From NCBI RefSeq assembly GCF_964204645.1, contig NC_134029.1, positions 24,112,950 to 24,176,949 of the forward strand: a stretch of 64,000 nt of DNA. The letters run 5' to 3'. This DNA comes from Tubulanus polymorphus (lineage: Eukaryota; Animalia; Nemertea). The position numbers and the translations under genes are program-made. Positions 50,887-63,100 of the stretch are shown here, piece by piece; positions within the stretch are counted from its first letter, which is position 1, and the number at the start of each line of letters is the position of its first letter. The notes below the pieces were generated by a model. The model made no database searches and was not told the origin of the DNA. It saw only the letters and a program-made list of their open reading frames with translations.

Positions 50887-51492
50887 AGTTTCCCGCTACC
50901 CAAGATTGGTTGCCAGTCTACCGCTATCCATCTTCGCTTGCCAGGGGTTACAAAGCGCTGTGATGGACCGCCCGAATTCCGGTTGCGTTTGAATCCCCTG
51001 ATAGGTGATGATGCAGGGGAGGGGAGCGATACTGACCCCTGGCAAGCGAAAGTCTCTGACTAAGTTAAATGACCTTAAAAATTCAAGATCGCTTTTTGAT
51101 TTATTTAAAGCTACGGCTGCCGGGCTGTTCTCTGTGTATATCGTGAACACACGACTGCGGCAAGCGAGCATTCCACTTGGTTCGTTAGTGTGATAATTCA
51201 TTGCCCGGCCATATTCGGGTTTTGCCCCTTAAATTCTAGCTACAGCCCTAAGTAGAGCCTAGTTTATCCGCAGCCAGCCGCCGGGTCACGTTAAGCTGTT
51301 ATAATCATTTCATTTCTAAGGCTAGGTCTCTGGTTAGCGATCGAGAGTGGCCGGTTCGCGGCTCCGCATCTTAAGCTCACGTGGATCAGCGATAGCGATG
51401 CACCACTGACACGAAAGTTTTCGGTGAAAGCCAGATCCGACCTTTGAATCTTCTCGTAGCCCGACCCTTTCTAAAACCACCCCATAGCCCGA

Positions 51493-51611
51493 CCTTACCG
51501 ATTTTGAAATAATCGCGAAACTCTGTAGTTCCACCCACTAGTTTTCTATATATAATCTGGGCGACGTCAGTGAATGCCTCTGGGAACGATCGAATCTGGG
51601 GCCTGGCCAAT
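51493..51611 (-). promoter_or_regulatory. Candidate TATA-type Pol II promoter firing leftward
   Basis: On the minus strand: CCAAT box (51607-51611), CRE-like TGACGTCG (51562-51569), TATATATAG (51546-51554), then a donor-like CG|GTAAGG at 51498. Confidence 0.45.
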
Positions 51612-52111
51612 CACATGCCAAGGCAGCGAGTGTTCCGGGGTCACCTAGATTAATATACATATATGATTGTAGAGCATCGTAGCATCGCTTTTGATTCAAC
51701 CAGGGTGAAACAAAAGCAGACTGATCCTTGCTGTTTAATTCGGGTGCTATATGAAATAGAAGGTTAGCGTTATAGATCACTGTTTTAAACATGTACGATG
51801 TGAATCTGATAGCAAAAACATGTGTTCGGGTATCATTGTTACGCACAGCCGGGCTGTGATATTAGACCCGCCACTAAATTAGCTGTCACGCGGATGAGCC
51901 ATGTAAAACTACACCGTCATATCGGCCCCGCCGCTTGGATACTTTTCCCGATAGTTTATGAACTAATGAATGCCCATATTTGGTATATTGAATCACACCA
52001 CCCAGTTGCTTTAACACTGCGCCATTATGTGACGTTGTTGTTGGAATTGTGAGTTTTAATGAGTTTATACGTGTTTCCAAAAGTGTTTAGAAATAAAGAA
52101 GAATAAACAAC

Positions 52112-55100
52112 ATGTCGTGGCTGGACAACCCTCTGTGGAGGAATAGATATGAGGAGGTATTTCAGAAAGCTACGGGAGGTGAAGGTGAATACAACACTAA
52201 ACTGAAGAAACAAGACGATATGTTAAAGGTTAGTTTAATTAGTTCGATAATTTAATGAAAACAATCTATAGCAACAAATAATATGTTTAGCTCACCAAAT
52301 TACTAAAACAGTTTCGATTGAAAATAATATTTCAGCTATGAGACGTTACATTTAAACGACTTGGTTTTCTGTGAACAAAAATGTGATAATGAACATTTTT
52401 TTAAGTTTCCACCGATTCAATGTAGAATCGTAGAACAGAAATCCTAGTTACTTTTGATACAATATGTATAATTATTGTCTAGGCGAGCTCGTCTTCAAAT
52501 TGCTTGGGCATGTTGGACAAAATAAATTTATCCACGAAGAAGGCAAAGCTTAAAATGTACATCGATAAAAATGAGAAAACGGCTGGTCCTAAGCCAGATA
52601 TCGGTGTCGGAGCTGCCGGGTAAGTCAATATTCTTATTAGATAAAAAGTCTCAATAAGACGCAGGTTTATCAGATTGTTTATGATATCTACATATGCAAT
52701 TCTGTGATATTCAGATACGCGACCGTTTTACAAAGCGTTAAAGATATCCCGGAAAATACGTTCTTCACACCGGGTCGATGTTTCCAGGCTCGAATCAGAC
52801 ACTTCAATTTTCCAGGTAATAGATTGGAATTGCATCAAATATTCTCTGAAACTGCAACGACTCCAACTGGTCAACCATGGCGTGTAGGCGCGACAAGTGT
52901 AAACAAAAATCGTTAATAATGTTTTTGACTGAGAATCGAGGGAGATTGGACAGTCATGTATTCGATTTAAAGCAAACATCTTTAAGTTAACGACACAACT
53001 TTATCAGTACTCTAAAAAAATTAAACCCCTTGTTTCGTTCCTGGCAATCGTGGTGGATTTGTAAGGGACGCTACGATCTTATTCATATCAATCAAATAAA
53101 TAAGAGAGACAATCATACTCATTTCGAGATAGAAAATACAAGGTAACATTGATCGTGATCGTGAATCTGTTCGATTTCAGAAAGTGACGATAGAGCTCCA
53201 AGTTTCCGAGGTCTAGTATTAAAACTAACAGATAAACATACGGGCGGACCGCTGGATATGATGTTTATAACAGGACCTCAATGTGCTCATCCCACTATAG
53301 CTGTTCTAGACTCGTATTTACACGCCATAAAAGCCGGGCCGCAACAACTTAAAACACATTTGCTTCAATATCCCGTTTTGTAAGTATGAATTCTGACAAG
53401 TAAACGTATATAAGTAGATTACAGTAGTTTGGATCTCAAGTCTAAAGTTTTGGATAAGAGAAATGCATTTGGTACGCTTATGAATTTGCTTGCGTCAAAC
53501 ATCAGTAAGTGACCGTGAAGTGATTAGCTCGGAGCATGCGAATAGTTATTCCGAATTACTCAGATATCTTAGAAAGGAAGCAACGGACTGAAGTTTGACT
53601 GATTTTATTTGAAAACAGGAGCTTTTGCAATTGTTGCCTAGAGTAGCTTCATCGTATAGGAATCTTTCATATAAATGTAGCGCTTCCTCACTCATTCCAC
53701 GGAGCCCCTGATGATGTTGAAATTGATCAAAATAAAACACCCATATTGAAGTGGCATGCTGATCAATGAATTGTCTCTCATGTCGCTAGTTGGCATTAGA
53801 ATAATCGTTATTAGTATAGTTCTACTGTTTCGATATCCCTAGTAAAATTACCTTTCAACCCTTGGTCTTTATTGCTGCTTAATCTACCCCTTTCTTTCAA
53901 CATTTCTGTGGCATCCCTTTTTTGTTACAGCCTTTAGTGTTGTGGATGTCATTTTGATAATGTCAAAATTGTCGATTACACACATATATACGTGTACACT
54001 GTTATTCATATATTGATGGATAAAGTTATTACTGATGATTTTATAATTCGACGTGTTTTTCTCTTTCAGGTTGGAAGCTTATATCGGTGGCGTTCGTAAG
54101 AATCTTATTTCTTATGCCGATCAATTCTACTACAATCAATGTGTATATTTCATGCGTGGTTCGGACAATGCTGATTACATGGTTCGTTTCCGGGTCATTC
54201 CGGCAGACACGACGGAAGAGTCTGGTCTTCTCTCCGACGAAGATCAAATGCACGTCTGGTAAGAATGATGCTGATATCGATGCCTTTCTCATCAGCAATC
54301 AATGGCATTTTACTTCACCTACTAATTTGTCGTCACATACATATGAAATGATTTGATCTAATGTAAAATATATACATTTATGATTCTAAAAAATGAATCC
54401 AAAAAATGAAATGAAGATGTTTGTATATTGTAGGGATCTGAAAGTCGATGATGATAATAGAACTGCTGATTATCTGAAAAACGAATATTACGACAGAGTT
54501 AAAACGGGACCTGTTTACTATCTGTTACAGATGCAGGTATTTCACGCTCCATTTTTCTGTTCTTAATTCACAATCTGGAATTTCTTTTAAAATGAATTCC
54601 ACATTCAAGGGTAATAGGCCTACTGTAATTGAGTCAGTAAAACTCATAACATCTTAACAAGAAAAATGAACCCACGATATCAACAGAACTTGAAATATGT
54701 TGTATGTATTATTTTGTAGTGGAGACCGGCTATGAATGATATTGGTCCTGAGGTGACGAGTGGTGCATTGAAGTGGGATGCTGAGAAGTTCCATTATTAT
54801 AATTTGATGGTAGTTAATATCGATTGTACGGTTCCTTTGGACTCATTGAACGCCACAAAATGGGACCTCACTAAAATACCGCCAATACTTAAACAGCCTA
54901 CTCCTAAAGGTAGGAAATCATCTTCAGGCTTGTTTCGCACAGAGTCACCTAACAGTGAAAAAATAGTTTACATTGACGTGTTTTGATTAACATTTTAAAT
55001 ACATCCACTATATCTAGAGAATACTATCTTGAATAATATTACATCTAATGATTGCATCAATTTTATTTTGTTTTTGTTTTTGTTGTTAAGAGCATTGATA

Positions 55101-58100
55101 TTGTTCTTAATATAAAGCGCTTCTGAGAAATAGATTCTGACCCCTGATTTCGAATCTATAGTTTTTCATTCTAACAGGCCTCGGAGATTTCGCCCTTGTT
55201 CCGTTAACTATACACGAAATTGACATGTATATGACGGACGTCCCGAATCACATGAAAAAACAATCGAAAAACGAAGCTAAAAACGACACCGGTATCAACG
55301 TGCAATACACGATCAACGTACAAACTGGGAACCTAGGTGGCGCTGGTACTGATGGGAATGTAAGGATCACGCTGATAGGTACGTTTCATCATTGACATTT
55401 TTGACCGACTGTTTCGTCGGTATTTCCGTGTCGTAGCTATGGTCTATTCTCTTCTAAATTCATCTACCGGCAGCCATCTTCAAAAACATAGGCAGAATTT
55501 TGTTGATTTGATATTTTGCAACGTTCTAAAATCATTTAGTATTTCACAGGGCCCAGCGCTTATTTGATTCTTTATCAATTTTCAATTTTCAATTTTTGAG
55601 GTTTAGCCTGCTGTCTTGCACTCGGCCAATCAAACTTGTGTTTTGACTTACGTATAAGAATTACGTAAAATAAATTATCACTCATCATTTCACAGGGCCC
55701 AGCACCAAACAGTACTTCATCAAATTTCAATTTTAGAAGTACAGCTTGCTAGCTCGCACTCGGCCACTCGGCCACTCATGATTTATCGCCAATCAAACTT
55801 AGATTATCACTCATCATTAACTGTAGGTAAATTAGGAAGAACATCGCGCCACAATCTCGATACAGATCGTCACGATGATTTCGAAGCCGGTCAACTCGAC
55901 TCGTATAAGTTCGAAGACCGAGAAATCGGTGAATTTCTGATGGCACAAATCGACCTGGACGTGCGGACAGGAAGAGAGGACTGGTATTTGGAACACGTGG
56001 AAATCTTCATCAAAAGCGACGGTTCGGACGATCGTCGTATTTTCCTTCCTTGCAATCATTGGTTGACGAAAGAGTTTCCGAGTTATCAACTAAAAGAAAT
56101 TAATGGTAAATCATCGAACCTGACTTTCACTATACATGAATTCAGCATCCGAAGTTCCACATTTCGAGTCCGATTTTTCATATTCGATTTAACCATCGTC
56201 AGCCAGACTGTTGAAGGCACGGAGCCTTTTCGGGATTGAATCGAAGTGCCATGAGAATGTTTTAAGAAGAACTTAAGTGTCGATGTACTAAAGTGATACT
56301 TTATACTCAGCATCCTATAGAGCGTGCTCTGTGAAAGCAACTAGGGACCATTGCACATATATGGCTTAGATTTAAGACCAGCTAATGGCCATCTCAGTTT
56401 GTAGTCAATCTAACTACTTATGATCAGTCTTTATTTACATTATGATCTAAGGCCATTTTTGGACTCGACAATCATCACGACTGTGCAACTGAGACCAGGA
56501 TTGGATGAATAAGAAAATATGTATTGTTTTATGTTTTATGGTTCCAGTTTGTATCATGGATCGTGAGCAGAATCCACGAATGCGGCTTCAGCGTCGATAC
56601 GAGGTTCAGGAGAAACAGAATTTGTATAAGTGGTGTTTAGACTTCCCTGGTTTACCCGGACACGCGTTCTCTGGACCGAATCACGAACACGATAAACTAC
56701 CGCTCGATATTCAGTTTGATCAGGAGAAAAAGAGCGATTTTTGGGCCGGAATTTATCAGAGTAGAATGAATTTAGGTAATTCAACCCGATCGATGGTTCG
56801 TTGTACAACTGGAAATAGAGAATCAGTGGATCCAGTTCCACACACAGTTGTGAGTCATGATATTTGAGAATCGAGGATTGAACTGATTTCAACTCTTGGG
56901 TCACACCCAACGCATTACGTATTACGGAACTGGTTCCATTCGTCTTTATTTCCTTGAATAAAAGATTTTTCTATGACTGGAATAACGTAATTTCATCGCA
57001 TCTTAAATTTTGCATTTTTGAATTTTTTATTTTTGTTGAAAGGTTTGGGTCAAATCGCAGCTACGTTCGAACCTTGGGATGAATTCGACGATTACACGAA
57101 TTACATAACTAAAGCTCTACCGTTGTCAAAACAACGCGACTACATCATTCAACATTGGCGAGAAGATATCGAATTCGGGCGTCAGATTATGAACGCTAAC
57201 GCGCCGAACCTGATCTACAGATTGACGGAAATACCCGAGAACTTTCCGATTGACAGGGAACTTTTGGACGCGTTGTTGAAACGAGACATCAGTCTTGAAG
57301 CTGAAATACAGGTTCGCGAACAGATAACCTTCGTGTTTGCAACATATTTCTTAAAAGGATCAAAATAAAAAGAATAAGAACAAATACTTGAGACACTTTT
57401 CTAATTTTTCAGGACGGTAACATGTACATGGTGAATTTGGATGGTCTTGCCGGCATAAAATGTTATCGTAGTCAAAACGAACGAAGATTTATTTGTCATC
57501 CTATGTGTCTACTGTACGTAAGACCGGACGGTACGCTAGTACCGATAGCTATCCAGCTATTCCAGCGTCCCGGCGATAAGGTACCGATCTGGACCCCGAA
57601 GGATGATCCGTTAGATTGGCTCTACGCGAAAATCTGGTTCAAATGCGCCTTCGCCCAGTACAGCACCATGTACGTGCACCTGCTAATGACGCACCTGGTT
57701 ACTGAAGCTGTTTGCATAGCTTCCCTCCGTACGATGCCTTCCTGTCACCCGGTACACGCCTTACTGCAGCCTCATATGAAATACACAGTCGCTATCAACA
57801 CTTTAGGCAAACAGATCTGGTGGCCCGGTGACCACATCGTTGATAAGACGCACTCTATCGGCGGGGGAGGTCAATTAGATTTCATGGGTCAGATGTACCG
57901 CAATTTCAACATGGGGCAATTGAATATTCCAGAAGATATGAAAAGACGCGGCGTTGATGATAAAGAGAAGTTACCCGGTTATCATTACAGAGATGATTCT
58001 CTGTTACTCTGGGACACAATACTGACCTACGTCACGGAGTATATCAAGCTCTATTACAAGTACGATTACGATGTCGGTCGCGACGTAGAATTCCACAACT

Positions 58101-58931
58101 TCTTACGCGATCTGAAAGAGAACGGTTTCTATCATTGGGAAAACGACGAAGATCACGGCGTCCCGGAGAAGATCACTACGATAAAAGGTTTATCGGTTTT
58201 CCTCACTGGGATCATATTCAACGCCACTTGTCAACACGCGGCCGTCAATTTCAGCTCGTTGGATATGTTGGCTTTTCAACCGAATTGTCCAACTGCTCTC
58301 GGTAAACCACCGCCCACGAAGAAGGGGCTGCGTCTTCCAGAAGTGATGGACGCTCTTCCCAATAAGGAAATCGCCTCGCATGTAACGTGCATGGCGAATG
58401 CTTTGACGCAGTTTGCCGATAAAGAGGTAACTCGTATTTTGTATTTCATTAATTACAAACGTTTCTGTTCTTGTCATTGTTATGTGTATGGTGTATTGAA
58501 GAAGATTGTGAAATAAACACAGTACACTCCTTCCTCCTTGTTAAATCGGCACCGGTCGATCCGATGAATTTCACTTTTTGAAATACCTTCCTTCTTTACT
58601 GATTCTCAACATATAGGGAAATATTTACAGCAGCCTCAAAACTAGCGATTAAGGCAGTGTTGACTTTTACTAATTTTGCAATAGACGATATGTTTTGTTC
58701 ACAGTCGTTTCTTGACAAACACCATTGAAAACACGACCTTTTATGTTTCAGGAATACCTGGGTCTGTATCCCAACTGTTTCTACGAGGAGGAACGACTGC
58801 ATAAAGTTGTCATCGATTTTCAGGAGAAACTGAAAGGTGTTTCTGAAGCTATTCGTAAACGGAATGAAGATCTCGCTTGTCCGTACGAGTACCTGCTTCC
58901 AGAACGTGTCCCCAACTATACCGGAATCTAA
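52112..58931 (+). CDS. Catalase-like (allene oxide synthase-type) domain + PLAT + lipoxygenase fusion protein
   Basis: 13 phase-consistent exons: 52112-52228, 52483-52619, 52715-52815, 53181-53379, 54070-54258, 54434-54536, 54720-54909, 55178-55378, 55827-56105, 56548-56775, 57043-57311, 57413-58426, 58752-58931. AOS-like blocks FFTPGRCFQARIRH, GPLDM, EESGLLSDEDQ, DYLKNEYYDRVKTGPV. PLAT blocks YTINVQTGNLGGAGTD, DDFEAG, PCNHW. LOX blocks WLYAKIW, HLLMTH, QHAAVNF and C-terminal PERVPNYTGI. Colinear with coral AOS-LOX as recalled. Confidence 0.94.
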
Positions 58932-59715
58932 ACTTCACTCCAATCAAACAACAATGAACACTGAATTATCAATGTGATGATAGTATCTTTAATATCACGA
59001 AATAATTAATGTATTTTGCATATCATGAAACCGAAGAAGCTCTGGACGGAGCCATAAAGAGGCTTACATACATCATTAATGGACGATAAGGCATTTCGTA
59101 TTTAAACAATGTTGGGGCTAACTACAGAATATATTCATATTTATTCACAGTTTTTCAGATATAAGTAAGTTTCATCTTCATGTATTTATGGTTTCATTTA
59201 TTACCGTATAATGAAGATCATCTGAATTTTAAATCTACAATTTTGGATCCAATGCCACAACATCAATCATGAGGTCGTAGTGATTAACTAATAGTTAGAT
59301 TTTGTGACGCTGGACCCTATGGGCTTATTATCCTGAAGCGTAATCTCAATGTACTGCAATATTGTAAAATAAACTTCTTGAATTATAAATTATCTTTAAC
59401 GGGAGCCAGGAAGCTATTAATTGATTTGTTGCACTGTCGTATTTTCTTGCTGAATAAATTCTACAGCATAAAAGCAAAACATTTAGTAGTATATACAACA
59501 TCATCAGCATACGATACGCAGAATCTACGAAGCATCAAGAACTCGGTTAAGTCGTCGTAGTTGGGATTAGATCATTACGCTGACACCTTATCCAAATATT
59601 CACTCACTTTGATCAATTGAATTGGAAATAAAGATCTAGACTCAAAATAGAAACGACTTCGGTGTCAACTTGTCCGACGACGACCTAACCGAGTTTGACA
59701 TGTCTCAGTCAATTA

Positions 59716-62016
59716 TTAAACACTTTCTGTGTTGACTGAACCGGTTTCTGATGCTTGCTCGGATTCGAACGTGCTGTATCTGTTATTAGCATCAGCAGCA
59801 GCGGTTCTTCTTAAGAGGGGTGCCTTCAGTCGACGGTGGCGACGTATCGACAAGGCGACGACCAAAACTACCATGACGGCCACGCACAAAGTTCCAATTA
59901 CAATACCAGCTACGGAACTAGTTGATAGACCATCGACGACACCAGTTCTCGCGGCCGGTCCAGTCTGGTCGGAAGCTGGCTTATCCGCCGGTTGAATAGA
60001 CTTCCATTCGCCCTGATAGATCGCTTTAGCCGTCGGCAAGTCGACTTCCTTCCAGGTTCCGGTCTCCATACTCTTGTATTTGATTCTTCGGTCGGCTGTC
60101 ATCAGGAACATCGAACCGTTGATGATAGTGAGCGGTTTAGGGTTGTACGGAGGACGCCGGATTAAAGGTAAACCGATACCCATCGGAATCGAGTTCGCTT
60201 TGGCGCAGAAGTTGATTTCGCACCCGTCGCTGATTAATGCCAAGTGTTGACTGAATCCAATAGGACATCGTTTTGGCCACGATTTCGGGTCCGCATTTTT
60301 CTGCAAATATCCAAGAAGTGAATGCAGTTGATTCGTGTTCTGTTTGCTACTCTGAAGGATTCCCGTGTGTTCCAGAATTGTCAGTGGATTTCCACTTTCA
60401 CAGCTAAAGAATCCGGCGAACGGCACAGAATACCTGAAGCCGAACTCATAATCATCGCTGACGCAAACGAAGGCACTTTCGGTCATCTTTAACGGGTAGA
60501 AATGAGTGGGACAGTTTTGCTGTTTAGTCAAAGGATTCGACTGCGATGTGGTGTAAGTTCCTCCGAATAGATACCCAGAGTTCGGTTGTACGGTATGAGT
60601 CGCGGCGCACCAGTACGTCCGGTAAAGCGGAGTCCCGGTATTCGCACCAGTAACGTAACATTCAGTATGACATCTTTTGAATATCCACCAACCGTGACAT
60701 TTCTCCTTGCAAACGAACCCGGGTCCGTTGTGAATCAGAACACTTTCGTAGTCATCAGGACAGCTATATGTACCGGTTTTCGGATTAACTTGCGCGTATT
60801 TTCCGCAGTCTCCGAGTGGACTTTGACACGTTTGATAGACGCCTCCGAAAGTAAAGTTATTCGACGAACCTTTACAAGTTCCGTCGTCGATATTTGCGTC
60901 GATATCGAAATTTTTAGAATTCGAATTCGTGCAGCCTTTATACGCGTTGTGTTTGTAATACGACTCGACGGCTTCGCGAACTGTTTCCGCTAATTGTTTA
61001 ACGTCGTGAAGCGGCAAATCACGGAAAGTCTCGGGAGTTATCGCGTAGTGTAACGGATCACCGAATCGATCGACGGCCACGAGATTATCGTGAAGTCCAT
61101 CTTCCCATTGATTCAGAGTGAAATTCGCTCGGAATGCCGGACCTCCGTACGTAAAAATCTGTGAATGTTTACGATTTTTGATGTATTGATCGATCAGTTC
61201 TTTACTGGTCGAATGTGAATAAGAACCACCACCGCCGAACATACCCAGGAAGGAACCACTCGCCGCAGCTGTCACCTTAGATTTATCCATACTGTATCTG
61301 TTCACATAAGATGCGTTAATCGAATCAGTTTGGACGATGGCACCACCAGCGTCCTTACCAGTGACGTAATGAGTGCCAAAATCACGCACCAACAACTGCG
61401 CCAAATACCGAGCGCCTCTCTTATCACCGGCTTGAAGGAAGGAGACGATATCTCTGGACTGAGAGTCGAACCCGGGGGCTAGGGGAGTACCAGGTTCAGC
61501 ACGGATCTTGTAGAGTGTATGACGTACCTGAACACGTGACGTGACTGTGTCGTCGTTAACCTGACTCTTTCTAATCGATTCTTTCTCGGAGGAATACGAA
61601 CCGCTTACACTCCCGAACCATCCGAATGACGCATGCGCATCGGCGTTAATCGTGCGCGAATCAGTACTGGTAAAGTTGGTCCAATGATCGTATATTTGAG
61701 ACGTGATGTCGACGCTGCTACGTTTCTCAGGAGTCACCGTGACGTCATCCGGTATGATATAGCGACGGTCTAGAGTTATACGGCAGTCATCGTACCGGTG
61801 TTTCAGCACCATTCCCATCTCAACATTACGTAGATTATCGAATCCGGCTCCGGGCAGGACGTCCATGATATCCTTCTGCAGCTGCGGGCAGTGTTGCGGA
61901 TCATCTTTGCGGTATTTGAAACCATTCGCTTCTGCCACCGCTGCATCGGAAGCACCAGCGGCGACCCACATTCCACCACAGCAAAATAACAGACAGATCA
62001 GGAGAACAGATTCCAT
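59716..62016 (-). CDS. MPEG1: Macrophage-expressed gene 1 / perforin-2 (MACPF + P2 domain + TM)
   Basis: Intronless ORF with signal peptide from ATG 62016 (MESVLLICLL). Motifs VLPGAGFDNLRN, DFGTHY..DAGG, NFTFGGVYQTC, GYLFGG, FAGFFSCESGNPL, CPIGFSQHLA; C-terminal TM helix followed by RRHRR. Confidence 0.97.
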   Translation of the reverse strand: MESVLLICLLFCCGGMWVAAGASDAAVAEANGFKYRKDDPQHCPQLQKDIMDVLPGAGFDNLRNVEMGMVLKHRYDDCRITLDRRYIIPDDVTVTPEKRSSVDITSQIYDHWTNFTSTDSRTINADAHASFGWFGSVSGSYSSEKESIRKSQVNDDTVTSRVQVRHTLYKIRAEPGTPLAPGFDSQSRDIVSFLQAGDKRGARYLAQLLVRDFGTHYVTGKDAGGAIVQTDSINASYVNRYSMDKSKVTAAASGSFLGMFGGGGSYSHSTSKELIDQYIKNRKHSQIFTYGGPAFRANFTLNQWEDGLHDNLVAVDRFGDPLHYAITPETFRDLPLHDVKQLAETVREAVESYYKHNAYKGCTNSNSKNFDIDANIDDGTCKGSSNNFTFGGVYQTCQSPLGDCGKYAQVNPKTGTYSCPDDYESVLIHNGPGFVCKEKCHGWWIFKRCHTECYVTGANTGTPLYRTYWCAATHTVQPNSGYLFGGTYTTSQSNPLTKQQNCPTHFYPLKMTESAFVCVSDDYEFGFRYSVPFAGFFSCESGNPLTILEHTGILQSSKQNTNQLHSLLGYLQKNADPKSWPKRCPIGFSQHLALISDGCEINFCAKANSIPMGIGLPLIRRPPYNPKPLTIINGSMFLMTADRRIKYKSMETGTWKEVDLPTAKAIYQGEWKSIQPADKPASDQTGPAARTGVVDGLSTSSVAGIVIGTLCVAVMVVLVVALSIRRHRRLKAPLLRRTAAADANNRYSTFESEQASETGSVNTESV

Positions 62017-62119
62017 GATTCTGGAATCAACAGCGATATTCAATTCTAATAACCATATATCAGAAAGAGAAGCGAATGCTTCCACCTCGACTGGAGTTGT
62101 TTTAAGTATATGAATCTGA

Positions 62120-62553
62120 AGCCTATTTATTGTCTCTCAAAAGGGGAAATGAGTTTGGGGAAGCCCAATTTGTAATCAAGGCATTTATGATTGGTTGACG
62201 TGATAGTTCATACATCCCTGTGAGTCATCTGATCGTGATTTCCAGACTTTTGTTCATTTAGAAAGCAATTCAAATTGTCCCAGTTTTACGAGTATTGTAC
62301 AAGTATTTCCAGAATTTAGTGAACAGGTAAAACAGCAAAATGCTTATTTTCGCTGAGTTTTTATTATCATAAGTCGATCGAAGTCTGTAGTTAGGGTTTT
62401 CATCAAACCTGTTTAAACAATAATAGAATATCTAGGTTATGACGATATACGATTAGTCAATATTGCGAGCAATTTAGAGCAAATTTTTAACCATCATGTG
62501 AAAAGTTTTGGATCGTATTCAAGATAATGGCGCGTGACAGTTATGGGAATCCC
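62120..62553 (-). promoter_or_regulatory. MPEG1 upstream region with immune-type motifs
   Basis: TATA-like ATAAATAG (~62123-62130, minus strand), kB-like GGGGAAGCCC 62157-62166, CCAAT 62190-62194, TGACGT 62196-62201, AP-1 TGAGTCA 62221-62227, kB-like GGGAATCCC 62545-62553. Confidence 0.5.
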
Positions 62554-63100
62554 GATGACCTTTCACTATCGAGATAACCAGGGAGATTAAACATTGATAC
62601 TGACTGGGTTTTTATAGCGACAAAGGTTACTATAGACTTGTCAATGAACTGTGACAATAATAACTTCACCTTTCATAGCTAATATGAGTTTGTAGGTCTT
62701 ATTATAAACAGCAAGAACATGTGAGGTTTATAGAATAGATCATTTTAAAAACAAACAACAACAACAATTCATTATCTAGTGAATATCAAAGTTTGAAAAT
62801 GAATAACTTATGTTATTTATATTCAACTCAGTGTACAGGGGTCACAGCAAACCAATTTACATGTACCAGTGATTGATTGTCAGTTTTTCAAAGTTGATAA
62901 GCGAAACCCACAGTAAAAACTGTTGATTATTTCAACGTTTTGAGGTTTTAACTAAACCTGTCCGGTGAAAATATTAGAATCTCGAAACTGTTAGAATCAT
63001 CAACCTGTGGGTTTTCGCTTAAGTACCAAAATCAAATCCTACATTTTAATGCGTCGTCTATCAAGGTGGCTAAAGTCTAATTATATATAACTGATGAGTT

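Noticed and set aside
51046-51060. GAAAGTCTC after a long stem, resembling the RNase MRP/P CR-I motif
   Set aside because: No matching P4 partner (CR-V) found downstream, and the motif overlaps the stem itself.
42000-52000. Autonomous transposon or endogenous virus
   Set aside because: No transposase, reverse transcriptase, integrase or capsid-like ORF is recognisable in any frame.
62017-62085. N-terminal extension of the 789 aa MPEG1 ORF
   Set aside because: It starts at GTG; the ATG at 62016 directly precedes a typical signal peptide.
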